A stretch of DNA of 64,000 bases from Botryllus schlosseri (GCA_051294905.1 CM119372.1:27716001-27780000); one strand, 5' to 3'. Shown: positions 12,946-27,224, numbered from the stretch's first letter. Made by a program: numbers and translations. Notes: generated by a model not told the origin, from the sequence alone.

Positions 12946-13783
12946 CAGCGGCGGGCAACATACGGCCCGCGGACAGTTTTTCGTCTTACATGATATTGTG
13001 CCCCGCGGCTTCAGTCTGCCGAGATCCTCCACGACTTGGTTACTACGTCAAATTTTAGTGACTGTGTGTTATTATATACGTGCATGCGCACATTGCGCAG
13101 CGTTGTGAGAGTGGAGCTTACGCGTAAGTTCGTCTAAGCGAGAAGACTTGCATTATCGGCATTTGCGATGCACTCAACCCTAATGTCGTCTGTGGTAATC
13201 ATGATTTTGGTCGACTACAATGGTCAATTACACCAGGCTGATATGTCTTATTTTTGATTCCGTAACCGCCGACTTGTAGCACGGCACACTTCTAGGCTTT
13301 TGTAAGGCCCCCTTTATGCCAGGGGTCGCCAACTCAAAACGGGTGGCAGGCCACTTTTCAAATTTCGTAGAGGACGCCGGGTACATGAATTCAATATCGA
13401 GATTAATGAGGCCACACAGTTGAACAACGGCGCTATCTCGTTACCTATTCAATCCTAATGAATCGATATCTTTGGTAAATTAGGGTTACCGGGCTTATGG
13501 AACGCCTTAAAATCTTAATTAGGGATTGCACCGTGTGTTGATTGATCAGGAAGAAGCAGACATGGCGGCGTCTGTATGACAATGTTATTCTCAAATTCGC
13601 CATTATCGGCGAGAAATGGCTTTGAAGTGACATTTCTGTCGTTAAAATACATTCAATAAATACGATTTATTCCTTGTATATGTGGATAAATGGGCGAATA
13701 ATGTATCGATTCAGCAATCCGGCCCGCCAAGCATTCAATTTTCCTATATCTGGCTCGCCGACTGGAGAAGTTGCCCGCCCCTG
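12946..13783 (+). mobile_element. hAT (Charlie/Buster-type) MITE, CAGGGGCGGGCAAC family
   Basis: TIRs, perfect TSD ATTTAGTA, highly similar to 55992-56847. Confidence 0.95.
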
Positions 13784-14203
13784 ATTTAGTATCTTAAACT
13801 TTCGTGACAGGGGCATGGAATCAAATTAATTGGTTAAGTTCGGTAGCGGAAAACATGATCAACACAAATCTTTACAACCTATATAAAACTGATCAAATTC
13901 TGGTTTGTAAATTTCTAATTTTATTATAAACAAACAAACACTGAATGTATCAGTATCACTACCACGATAACCAACCATAAGTATTTTTTTTACTTCTAAT
14001 GAAATTAGGCCTGCTAACCAGGCATCAAAAATATTCTAGTGCTTGCATTACAAGTATTTATATCAGGTTAATGCCAATCACTTTTGTTTAAACAACAAAG
14101 GAATCGCTTCTTTGAGTCCATACAAATTTTGAAGATTTATAGAAAATATTTTGTTATTATTTACCAGTCAGCTGCAAAATATTAAATCTGGAAGTCGTTA
14201 GGG

Positions 14204-14487
14204 CAGTGGTTCTCAAACATTTTTGGACATGCCCCCCTCACGATAGCAAACAATTCCACACACCCTTTATCGCCGTATCATAAAATTAAAAAAAGCAACC
14301 AGACCGCTAGAAATCCAACGGATAGTTGGATGGCAGTTACGGTAATGGTTGTTGATGAGATAGTATTCAAATACTAAATTCTGACCATACACAGAGAAAT
14401 AACTACAAGCTGCCATGTGCAAAAAGGATTTTAGTTGACTGCGGCTTCACGCCCCTTCAAATGCTTTCTCCTGTTTGAGAACCACTC
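14204..14487. mobile_element. hAT (Charlie/Buster-type) MITE
   Basis: CAGTGGTTCTCAAAC TIRs, TSD CGTTAGGG/CTTTAGGG. Confidence 0.8.
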
Positions 14488-15027
14488 CTTTAGGGTATGA
14501 CAATCCAATGCATAGCAGCTCAAAACGTCAACAATGTTTTTGAATACTCCATTTCCACTGAAGCATTTTTATATTCTTGCCATCAGCTCCAATGCAGGCT
14601 CGGTGAATCTCTGATTCGTGGCGTGCGATGGTGTTTGCTTCTTTTTACTGGTCGACTCCAAGTTGCGCTCGTTGAAAATGTGATGAAATTCCGAAGTTTT
14701 GAATATGTCAATGAAAATTCTAAATTTTATGCAGAAATAAATATAAATATTTTAGACATGTAGGTTACAGAAGCGCAGGAAAGGCGCTATCACTGAGCAG
14801 GACTAAAATTAGCAAAACGACTAATAAAAATATCTTCTATCAGGTCAGCGTTTTTTTCAATTCGGCCATTTTGACATTTACATTGACATTCAGACGCACA
14901 GGCAGCAGTGAGAATGCAGAACTGTAACTCGGAATTAAATTTATAGCAGAACGTTGCAGGTTTTTGTAAATTTGTATGGTCCACAAAACAGAAAGATTAC
15001 GGTACCTGTCTCAATAAGACATGCGCT

Positions 15028-15305
15028 GGCGAGATAGCGCAGTGGTATAATATGCGGCTGCAACACCAATGGGTGCGGGTTCGAGTCCGACCGAGGTCGA
15101 CTTCCGAATTTCGATACCTAAGTGTTGGAGGTTTACCTAGGCTCCTCCTCGCCACCTCATCCGCATCAGCGGGTGTCTTACAAAAGTCTAGAGGTGGGCC
15201 GTGCTATAAGTCGGCAGTTACGGAAAATCAGAAGAATATCGGCCTGGTGTAAATGACCACAGTAGTCGAAAAACACGATGAATACCCCAAAGCAAACAAA
15301 CAAAC
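15028..15305 (+). mobile_element. Full-length tRNA-derived SINE (family A)
   Basis: A box TAGCGCAGTGG, B box GGTTCGAGTCC, (CAAA)n tail, perfect 12-bp TSD AAGACATGCGCT. Confidence 0.92.
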
Positions 15306-15753
15306 AAGACATGCGCTTGGGTCTTGGATTATATTCGTTTGTCTCTTAATTTGGCTTGGAGAAGAAGACAGTTGACTTCATCAACCTCGTTTTGCTGAAA
15401 ATATAATTGATTGCAAACAAGATCCGACAATAAATATAGTAGACTCGTTGTTCCTATGGGTTCAGATTTTCATTATAATAATTGACATACGATAGGCTTA
15501 ACATGTAACTTTGATTCTAAGATTTTATAGCTGCTTTGAATTGAGACGAGAAAATATATCAGACAGAGGACACATTGATTGTCTTTAGTACAAAAACTTT
15601 GTGACATCTTATCGAAGGTATTGAATACTTCTCCTTCATTGCAGTAATTGTAACTGTTGTCAATCTTTCAAAATCCTTCCTTCCTGATTAAATTTAATTA
15701 ACGCAATTGATTGAAATAAGCAGGTTATGGGAAATTATCTCAATTTGATGTTC

Positions 15754-17812
15754 ACCTAGTCCTAGTATAGTTCAGTAAGCAATAGTTTGAATACAAGTTA
15801 CACCAGCTCTTTATATTCAACTACACCTCTGTTCAATGTACAGAGATCAAGCCTTTCTTCAGCCCATATCGCATATATAGATAGTTTTTGAGAAAATTAG
15901 GACTGCAAAAACCAGCACATTACATAATCAATGGTGATTTGTGAAATGAATAAATATACTTACATAATCACATGTTTCCATGGGTTCTTGAGTCAAAAGT
16001 ATGTATAGCAAAAGATGACTGCACCGGCACAAAATCCGTTCAGATGACTCCTCACGTCACTATCAACATTGTCTGTTAGCGCAGGCACGGTAGATCCAGG
16101 GTCTCTTTTCGAAGAGTCGACATCAGTTGGATGAATTTGAGGATCAATTCAAGACTGTTGAAAAGAAAATACTTGTTCAACAATTTGTAATACAAGGGAG
16201 GTATTCAATATTCGAACAGCTTCTTTGAGGTACAAAACTTGAATATAAAATTGAATAGTAGGCCTATATGTATATTGAAATGAGCCCGAATATTTGCGGC
16301 TGAGACTCGTCAGGGGTAATTGTCAGCAACTAGTAGAGAATTCAAAAGAACGTTGTATATCAACAATCGTATCACAAAATATGACGTCACCAGCATTCAG
16401 TATTCACGCAGATATCAGACTGGATACAATTGTATGTGACAAAAGAGTGTCTTTCAAGAACAATTAATTAATGTAATGGAAAGTTGCATGTGACCTTATC
16501 ACCAATTTTACTCCAGCACGGGTAGCATACTTTCCTAGATTGGTAATCATTTTAGTGAAATTTTATCAGCAAACATTCATAAAAATAACCGAATGCAGTA
16601 GAATCAAATTCATTATCTAAGGATACACCAGTTTACCTACGAAACACTTCGATGCTTACCAGTATTTAAAACACCAAATGCATTTCAAAAAGGTGCCAAT
16701 TGCAATACATACTACCTGCACATTAAGGCATTTTTCATATTCTTTCCATCAGCCGCAACCCAGGCTTGACGAGTCCCTGATTCGTGGCGTGCCATGGCGG
16801 CTCCATCTTTTTACTGGTCAAATCCAAATGCTGCTCCTAGAAAATACGATAAATACCAAAGGAAAATTGTACATTTTATGCAGAAGTAAATATAAATATT
16901 TCACACAGGTAGGTTACAGAAGCGCGGAAGAGGTGCTCAGCCCCCAGGTTGAGAACCACTGACCTAGCCCATTATATTTCAGTAAGCAATAGTTGAAGTA
17001 CAAGTTACACGAGCTCATTACGTTCAACTACATTTCTGTTCAATGTTCAGTGTACACTGTACAGTGTACACAGATGAAGCCTCTTCCAGCTCATATCGAA
17101 TAGTCCGTAGGCTACTCTGCGAGATAGTTCGTGAGAAAAGTAGGACTGCAAAAACCAGCAAACTACATAATCAATGGTGATATATAAAATGAATAAATAG
17201 GCTTACATAATCACATGTATCCACCCATGGGTTCTTGAGACAAAGGTCTATATCGCATAAGATGACTGTGCCGGCACAAAACCCGTTACTAACGACTCCT
17301 GACGTCACTGTCAACATTGTCTGATAGCGCAGGCATGGCAGACCCAGGGGGCTCTTTTCAAGTAGTCGACATCAGCTGGACGAATTTGAGGATCAATCCA
17401 AGACTATTGAAGAAAATATATTTGTTTCAAAAATTTGCAATACAAATGAACTACTCAGTAATCACACAGATATCATACTGGATACAGTTGTTGTTTTCTG
17501 CAATAAGTTGTGCGTGACAGAAGGGAGTCTTCAATAGAATAATTAGGTAATGGAATGGAAAGTTGCACATGACGTTACCACCAATTTTACTCTGGCACCG
17601 GTAGTATACTTCCTGGATTGTTAACAATTTTAGTGAAATTTTATCAGCAAACATTCATAAAAATCTTCATCACGAAGATAACCGAATGCTAAAGAATCAA
17701 ATTAATTATCTAAGGATACACCAGTTCACTTACAAAACACCCTGATGCTTACCAGTATTTTATACAGCAAATGCATTTCAAAAAGGTGCCAATTGCAATA
17801 CATACTACCTGC
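15754..17812. repeat. Diverged tandem segmental duplication (15754-16720 vs 16962-17812, also 14560-14785 vs 16722-16935)
   Basis: Long colinear similarity between the segments, seen by direct reading. Confidence 0.85.
16214..16394 (-). mobile_element. Solo Penelope pseudo-LTR fragment with mutated hammerhead
   Basis: Matches 60320-60494, flanked by ATTCAATATTC/ATTCAGTATTC, and absent from the paralogous duplicate at ~17450. Confidence 0.85.
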
Positions 17813-17933
17813 AAAATAGAGTTTAGTTCAGTTACCGTATCATAATAAACTCAGGAAAGTCAAATTTGGGGACTGGGCAAAACAAATACTACCCCTTGTG
17901 ATCCATGGTTTGTTGAAAAGATTGTGCTATTAT

Positions 17934-18774
17934 TAGGGCGATTTTTTGGACATAAAAAGGAAAGATTTTGACCAAAATATCCAAATTCACACGTATTTTG
18001 ACGATAAACTTAATTTTGACCGCATGTACTTCAATTAGATGTTTCTCACATAATGTTAGACTTGTACTACCGGTACTTATCTTTATTTCTGGCTGGAGCT
18101 GTCTGTTCTTCCGAAGTAGTTTGACCTGAAAAAAATCTTTTGGTATGAAAACTGACAAATTTTTACATGACAAACCTTATTTTATCGAAATCTGGACCCG
18201 TGAAGAATTCCAGTTTTAGTTACATCTCGTATTATGGTAGAAATAATTAAAACTTAGTTGTAGTACAACGAAAGATACTTTCCTACATTTGCGGGTATAA
18301 AGTGTCTGTCCTTACTAAGTAGGATGGAGAAAGAACGTTCACCAGCAGCAGTTGTTGGTCGGCAACACTGAAGTCGTGCGTACACTGCAGGTGACACACC
18401 GTGTTGCTTCATTATGACAAAGTTGTCTACATCGCAATTTCTCATCATACGGTTTCTAATAGAAGAGCCAATGCCCACGCAGTCTTGCTTCAGTTAGGAT
18501 ACTGCAGTAGGCTACGTTGAGCATTTGTTTCATTTGACAGTTTATGATTCACAATGAGCAGACGATGGTCCGTCTACAACGGTAGGACTATAAAGTAAGC
18601 TACAAGATGTAAATTGTTAAATGATAAGTTCACCGACAGTGCAATCATCTATGATACAAACAAAATGCAAGTTGTCAAAAAAAATTTGACTTTGTAACAA
18701 TTTTGGCAATTTTTGACCTAACGGTACAATTTTGACAAAATTTTCTATTTTGACATGTCAAAAAAATCGCCTTA
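17934..18774 (-). mobile_element. Deleted hAT element with C-terminal dimerisation-domain remnant
   Basis: Imperfect TIR TAGGGCGATTTTTT.GACA. ORF 18254-18478 ends PTTAAGERSFSILLSKDRHFIPANVGKYLSLYYN (hATC ERSFS motif). No TSD recognisable. Confidence 0.7.
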
Positions 18775-19121
18775 GTTAACACCTTACCACTTGGAATAAA
18801 CAGTACAGTGTAAAATGTGTTGCAGTTGAAAAACCATCAAAATCGTTGCATGACTGTCATACCGGTATTCAATTGCTGACATTGCAGTACTTGTCCACAA
18901 CGGACCACAATATCGCCTACATAGGGATATTTCAGTGTGGATTAGGGTTGGTTCAGATATCAATAATTTTCACTATCCGGATAACAGATATATCCGTATA
19001 TTTGAAATTTATCTAACTGGTTAACCGGATAATAACTGCTAAGTGAGACAATCGATTTCCCGAGGTGTGCATGAAAAACTGTTCGCAAAATCATTACTGT
19101 TATTGTAGAGTAGACCTATAC

Positions 19122-20089
19122 GTAGGGGAGATGTGGTACCGATGGATCACTGGGACCGAAAATACTTGAAAAATTCTCCATGATAATTCCATGATTACAC
19201 TCCGTGAATTTGTGTACAATTACATGCTGGCAGAATCTTTCCTCACATGCAAAAAAAATTGACCTGCGTGAGTTATGGAGTCTGTGACTAATGATTTACG
19301 TTTTAGGGGGTGTAAAGTAAATTTGGATCGACATTTGCATTTTTCTATATCACCTTTCAGACTAACAAACCCGCCATAATTTTTGATGTGAAGTATAGGG
19401 CTTGTATCAGGGTATATAATGGCACATATGTTTTGAATCAATACCATCCTCGAGTGGACTATTTTCAATTCAATTACAATATTTATGGGGTGGGGGTCCT
19501 ATGGCACCATAACCAAATCAAGCAAAATAGATGGCCCAACTAATGACTTAACAACAGAAACTCGCCTACATATATATAGGCTGTAAATCATAGTTACCTG
19601 CGGTGTTTTATCGCTATTACGAGGTATTGAAAGTCAAAATGTCGATTTGCGGGTAATATGTATGTGGCATTGATTTTGTGAGTATGGGCGTAAATCAAAG
19701 CGTGATTTTCTGCCAACATTTTGAGTTGATATAATCTATTTTATTCTTGAAGGTGGCGACGAAACATTCTTCATTGGCTTGCTGTGGCTTAGCTTATAGT
19801 ACACAACAAAACAAGTTAACAAATTTGAGTTTTTGAGCGTATGTCTCCTAGGTCCCATGGTCGTGTGCCTTTGGACCCACCGGGTGGGGACCGATGACAC
19901 GTTCGAGCAACAAATTTTAAACGTTTATAAATATTTTTTGAAAAGGCGGATATTCATGTAAATGTCCGCGATAGGTAGAGCATGTATCGAAGTGTTGAAA
20001 CAGCAAAAGATCTGCTATTCGAGGCTGAAGATTTGAGGGCCAGAGATGATTTTGCAATTTTTGATCCATCGGTACCACATCTCCCCTAC
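19122..20089. mobile_element. MITE with perfect 28-bp TIR
   Basis: GTAGGGGAGATGTGGTACCGATGGATCA and its exact reverse complement at 20062-20089. Superfamily uncertain. Confidence 0.85.
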
Positions 20090-21435
20090 ACGCGCAGTAC
20101 GAGCGAATACGAGAAAAACCACGCAAATTTAGTGTTCACTGCTTTTGCAACGCCATCCTTATAAAGCACAGTGTATCAATTGTGGCATCCTGTAGCCGGG
20201 ACCGGAATTTTCTAACAGAGAGTCCACATACATTGAATGCTTATTCAGCTACCACAGAAGTGGGATGAATAGTAAAGCAGCGCTTCGTAGAGAGTCTAAA
20301 GGTTGGCAGGTCGTTTCCCGGAAACTTTAAAACTTTATATTCCTTTTGACCATTCTTCTGTTTAGGTTTGGAGTACTAGTAGGACGAGTAGCTGATACTG
20401 AAATTGATGCCGACCTGATACCTCGCTCTAATTCCTCCGTGAGAAAGTCACGTGATCAGGCACGCAGCCAGCCGAAAATTAAGGGAGGAGGTGTTTGAAA
20501 TTAAATGAGGGGGTTTCGATTTTTTTTCGAAAAAAGTATCATCGGAAATCAATTACGCTTGCACGCACGCACCGCACATGTTTGCGAACATTCGATGTCA
20601 TTCAGTTTCGCGATGTCATTCTCACAATCGCTAATCAGAATACACTTAACGGCATATTGTCCCAAAGCCATCGAGGGATAGGAGCCAACGCATGCTAGGC
20701 CCGAGACGCGATGGCAGGGCCAGCGATGATATCTTCCGTAGGCCTATTGCAGATGCGATTGTGTAGGTCAGCGATAATATCGTGAGTATCAAGCCAATTC
20801 AGATGCGATTGTGCACTGTGCAGGCCAGCGATGGAATAGTGTGCACACTGCACAGTGCACAGGGCCTATTGTAGATTGGTCCTGTAGAATTTGGTCTAAA
20901 AATGGCTTAACCTAGAAAAAATTATTATAAAGACGTATTATATACTGTTGGAAAGATAATTTTACTAGCTTTTCAATGATAGGTTTTGTCACTTTTTCTA
21001 CTTTGGGGAGAAAAAGTTATGACCAAAAACGTGCCAAGGGGTAAAAATTGAAATTAGGGAAAAATTATTATAAAAATATGAACAAACTGCTAGAAACTAA
21101 TGAATTTTCAACAGAAAAGCAGGATATAGATGTAAAAGGAATATATGAAAATAAAATAGAATTATAAATGTGTTTCAGGGAGTAAGAGTGAGCAAGACAG
21201 GGGGATGTGGAGGAGGGGGGCGCAAGTAGAGCTGTTGTCCGTTATAACTTCATTATGTTATTGTTTACTTAGTATGGTCTGTTTCATTTACCTTGCTTGT
21301 TTTTTTAGATAGTGCTTAGTCAAAAAAGAAACAGCAGTTTGTGTTAAGTGTAGAAAAGGCTATCGTACTGTAGATTCACTCTGTCATTCAGGAGCTCATT
21401 TCTGCGAGAGTGATAGTACCACACACCCTTTAGAC

Positions 21436-22193
21436 TAGGGTTACATTTAGAACAAAAATCAACTAAAAACAAACACGTTTAAAACAAGGCCCTAATTTAA
21501 GACATGTTTTTCAAGATAGCGTAATGGTTAAGCGTCCGGCTTCTTGATCGGTAGGTCGTGGGTTCGATTCCCGGCCGGGTCAGACCAAAGACCTGATTAG
21601 TAACACTGGTATCCATGGCTTCCCTGCTTGGCGCTCATGCATTACTGGGATAGCATGGAGGGGTGGTGCATGACCTAGAAAGTCGTAAAGGCTATATCTG
21701 CACTTCCTTGTCCAGCGGCATATGCACATCATGCACTCATGGTATGCATATGCGCAGATCGTGTGTATGTATATCATGAGTCGGTGTATATGCCGCAAAA
21801 AACATCAAGGACAAAAATAAACTACGTCCTTTCCTTTCCTTTTCATTGTTTTCAAGTCATGGCGTCACGAATATTCAATTGTGACGTCATAATTGATTGA
21901 AATTGACCATTGAAAATATAGGGTAAATATAGCCCCTTTGACAAAATATCTGTACTACAACTGTTGAACCGACTATTTTTGAGGGTTCCAACCATCCCAT
22001 AACGATATACGTCGGCTAAATTGGGTGGTAATTGTCCGTGTGATCATACAACATGTTTTTGGAAAGTATTTACACAATTATGGCATAATTTTATAACTTG
22101 AAAACAATACAATTTTGTTTTTTAATAAGGCTTTCGTTTAAAATATGTTTTAAAAAGTGTTTCAAAACACCGTTCGCTTTAAATGCAACCCTA
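21436..22193. mobile_element. hAT-type MITE (TAGGGTTACATTT family) containing a SINE
   Basis: TIRs, TSD CTTTAGAC/CTTTGGAC, inverted copy at 44148-44723. Confidence 0.85.
21516..21843 (+). mobile_element. tRNA-derived SINE (family B) with Meta-like central domain
   Basis: A box TAGCGTAATGG, B box GGTTCGATTCC, then GGGTCAGACCAAAGAC...TGGTATCCATGGCTTCCCTGCTTGGCGCTCATGCATTA. (CCTTT)n tail, flanked by TTTTCAAG repeats, absent from the host MITE copy at 44148. Confidence 0.85.
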
Positions 22194-23574
22194 CTTTGGA
22201 CATTATAATTGGTCTTGCTTTGAAACTGAATTGTGAAACGCTGATCACAACTTTTCAGAAAAATTAAGAAAATGGCCATAAGACGTACATCCACACATCA
22301 TGCCGTAATTTATTGAGAAATCATGCGAGATCAAAGAAACATTTGTGGAGGCTTTATCGAAAATTCGTATTTCTTCACTGGCAAATAAATTTTTTCTGAG
22401 AAATGTTATTTAACCTGTGGGGTTCAGATTGCCACGATAGAATAATTAGACACGAGCAATCTTGGCAGCTATGGACAATTAAATAGGCTTATATTTATTT
22501 CGAAGTTCCCGGTCGACATAAGGGCAATCCTTTTCGGCTAATGTTTTCTCGCAGGCGATCTATTGGCACACTTTTCAGAGTACCATATTGGCAAATACTT
22601 CATAGGTTTTCGAGCATCGCGGCGTGGTAATGGTCGACGCCGAAATGCCTATTTTTATTTTCTATAAATCATGCTTTTTTCGTGGGGGAAGGGTACTCAT
22701 AATCAAAAATTTGACAACATGAAATCGTGCCCAGCGCGAAAAAAAAATGCAAAGAGTTGCATAAATTGTCGATGAGTGATGTATAAATAATTTATGTTCA
22801 TTCACCGACATAATTTCGGGACCTCCAATTGGACGATTTGGGGCGCGGCAATTACGGTCCTGGTAAGAGGTCGAAGTCCGGTCGCTGTTTTCTGGTTTAG
22901 ATTTTACTATTGGAAATATTTTGCGCTTCAACCGCATATATATATATTAATTGTATGTGGTATATCCGGGGTCAAATCAATGTTGTTATAACAGCCATCG
23001 GGGAAGGGTTCATACCATGTGCTTCGAACCAGATGTACGCAATCCGAATTCCCATCTGTGATTGGCAATACGGGAAATTAATTGCATTGGGTTTTGTTTT
23101 AGTGCTTTGTGTGACTGGTAAATCAACTGGGAATGTCATGGAGATATCTGCCCACATTGAATTTGGTACTGCACCCAGTTATTGATTTTAACACGAATGT
23201 ATTCCAAACAAAGCTCCACTCCGCGACGATGTTGGCTGCATATGATTTCATAAATGTAGTAGCCTTAACAGCCCCTAAAGCGCGGTAACTGAACATATTT
23301 TCGAATACTCTACCAATGGGTATTGTGTCATTATAAACATTTTACGTTACCCGAGAAGATACATGTTGTGATGTCGTATGTAGCCACCTCCGACTAACTG
23401 TCGAAAGTATGCAACCACCCTCCCCCGACCAAATATACTTAGATATTTCTGCCACTTGAAGTAGTTTTCACGTGTCTTAAAAATTACTACTTATACTATT
23501 AATCGAGTAGGAAATATAGGGAGTTACTTGTGCTACTTGAGTAGCAACACCAATCACATCTACAAACTATAGTT

Positions 23575-24403
23575 CAGTGGTTCTCAACCGCTGGTCCGCG
23601 GACCCCAGAGATCCGTGAAGCATTTTTAGGGGGTCCACGAAGCGAAGCGAATTTACAAAATAGTTGATAACCTAATTTATATTTTTCAAATTAGGAAAAT
23701 CCCGAGGCAGTTTTGCTTCATTGCAGTAGAACTCACATCAACAAGATGGCAGTCTGAGATTGAATATCCTGCTGTGTGGACTCGTTTTAGTTGCTAAATT
23801 GCCAATAGCCCACTGATACAAATATTTGGCTGTATAGAGGTGTTTTGCTGGGCATTGTGTAAAAAATAAATGGTTTGATACGTAAAGTCAATCACGGAGA
23901 CTTCGTCCTGTGATATAGGCCTACATAACTATTTCCCTAATAACATCAAGATGAGCTGCTAGATATGAATTAACAGGCTTGACGTTATATGTTCAATAAA
24001 AAAAATTGTTTGTCAATTTTGGTGTCATCATTGTTCCGATCATACCCAAATGTGTCGTCGGAAGCGTTATGCCTTATTACATTCACCACCACCTTTCTTT
24101 GTTCAAATGGATTTTCAGCACTCGTTGATATGAAATCGAAGGCGCAGATTTTAAAGACACGACCACGTATTTCAAAAAATGCAGTTGAATAATTAGTTTT
24201 GAAATAGTAAAAGTCAACCCAATTTCTACATAAATTTAATGCTGCTATTTTCAAGTAAAGTAATTTTGTTACTGTTTATCACTAGCTTACAGTTATCATT
24301 TGCACAAGACAGATGACGATTGTACGATATTTGAGCTAAATTTGAACTACAACTCCGGGGGTCCAAAAGGGGTCCGCGAATACAAAAAGGTTGAGAACCA
24401 CTG
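23575..24403 (+). mobile_element. Charlie/Buster-type hAT deletion derivative
   Basis: CAGTGGTTCTCAACC TIRs, TSD CTATAGTT/CTCAAGTT. ORF 23989-24192 YPNVSSEALCLITFTTTFLCSNGFSALVDMKSK resembles the ZBED8/SCAND3-type PFxTTYLCExGFS tail. Confidence 0.85.
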
Positions 24404-26020
24404 CTCAAGTTCATAGTAAAACTATTACGGCAAATCAGAAACCACCAAAAATGTAAAGCTTTTTTTAGATAGAACTGGCGTTTAATATTGCAAAACACAA
24501 ACAAAAAGCCTCGATACCATTTAAAAACATTTCTGCCTCTGTTCAAGTATGGTAATTGGTATTTGTGGACCAGTGTAAATGTACGGGTCGAAAAGAGCTT
24601 CTGATTGGACGATGATAGAGCATCACTTTATTCAAGTTCACCGAAAAACTCACTCATTATGTATTAGGCTACAACAACCCAGGTTTCATGATAGATGATT
24701 TCAATAACAATATTTGATCTGTTGCTATTTTATGCTAACCGTGATGTCACTAACGAAAGCTGAAATTTGATTAATTTATGAAAATGAGAAAAAATTATAC
24801 GGAAAAATTCTGACGTGACGGAGAAATTATTAGCACAGAATCGGATTCAGCAACCATAAATTAGCCTAAATCAATCATTAAAATTTTAAATGCTAATTTT
24901 TTTCGAAATTCGTAAACCAGTTTTATCTCCGTCTCGGTCAACTTTTGCCCCCTAAACTTATGATAAATACATCTTAATAATGTTATGTTTCATTATTTTT
25001 GCTGTTCGATTGTTAGTTTGCTTTACTGAGAGTGATATTCCAATTTATGGTGTTGTATTCTGTTACGAAGGTATCGTGTTTTAGCTTATAATTGTATTTT
25101 AATGTCAGGCAAAATAATGCTTTACCCCCTGGCACGTTTTTGGTCATAACTTTTTTTCCCCAAGGTAAAAAAAATGACAAAACCCATCATTGAAAAGCTG
25201 ATAAAATTATCTTTCCAACGGTATATAATACGTCTTTATAAGAATTTTTTCTAGGTTGGCCGAAAATTCTACAGGACTAGATGCGATTCTTCAATCCAGC
25301 GAAACTATAGGCTAGTTGAAGACGCGATAAATCAGTCTAGAGACGATAGCCGAGCGCGCGGCAATGAATGACCTAGTTTAACCATCTTCTCAGCAGATCG
25401 CGTCGCGTTACATTGTGCAACAATTGGCAACACGCTTCTGGCTAACTGGCCGCGCGCAACACTGAATACGGCTTATTGAAGCTTACTAAAAAGTGTAAAC
25501 GCATTAGCAACGATACTCATTTATCCGGTTAACCGGCAGACTAATATCCGAATATCAGATATTAAAAATACCTGCGGTTAACTGGTTAACCGGTTAACCG
25601 TTATCCGGATAATCCACCCCTAATGTGGATAGAGAGAACATCCCATTATCCATTAAAAAAGTTAGGTCGATAGAAGCTTCCCATCAGTACCGTAGTACTG
25701 GACCTGGTGGCAGCCTGGTAGGCTATATTATCAGATCAGACGAATCATATGCTACAAAACATCTAAATAACATTCATATGAATAAGGGATATCAGTAGCC
25801 TACTAAAACATCTAAAACAAACGACCTTACTGCAATGGCAAAACGAGCTCATATTATGACTATTCTCACATTACATATATTGAATAACATTTACCGCATT
25901 TCCATACCTTACAGTACATGGATGTTATGATCCTTTACGCCATCAGGTAGCAGAAACTGCTTCAATATATCCATTCCGCCAAGTCTTTTCGTGTACCCTA
26001 CCCTCTTCCTGAAGCGTGAC

Positions 26021-27224
<1,204 letters not shown>

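Larger units (their letters stand above)
20877..25279. mobile_element. Long-TIR element, Academ-like, with nested insertions
   Basis: ~165-bp inverted arms starting T(A/G)GTCCTGTAGAATT and a 3-bp TSD GAT. TAG...CTA ends with a 3-bp TSD fit the Academ superfamily as recalled. Confidence 0.75.
18943..25622. mobile_element. hAT-type element (TAGGG termini, CCGGATAA subterminal repeats) inflated by nested insertions
   Basis: TAGGGTTGG / CCACCCCTA ends with TSD GTGTGGAT/ATGTGGAT. Confidence 0.7.

Noticed and set aside
15028..15105. Possible tRNA genes (also 870-946, 21516-21580, 50510-50570)
   Set aside because: A/B boxes run into SINE bodies, several with tails and TSDs, and no complete cloverleaf is evident.
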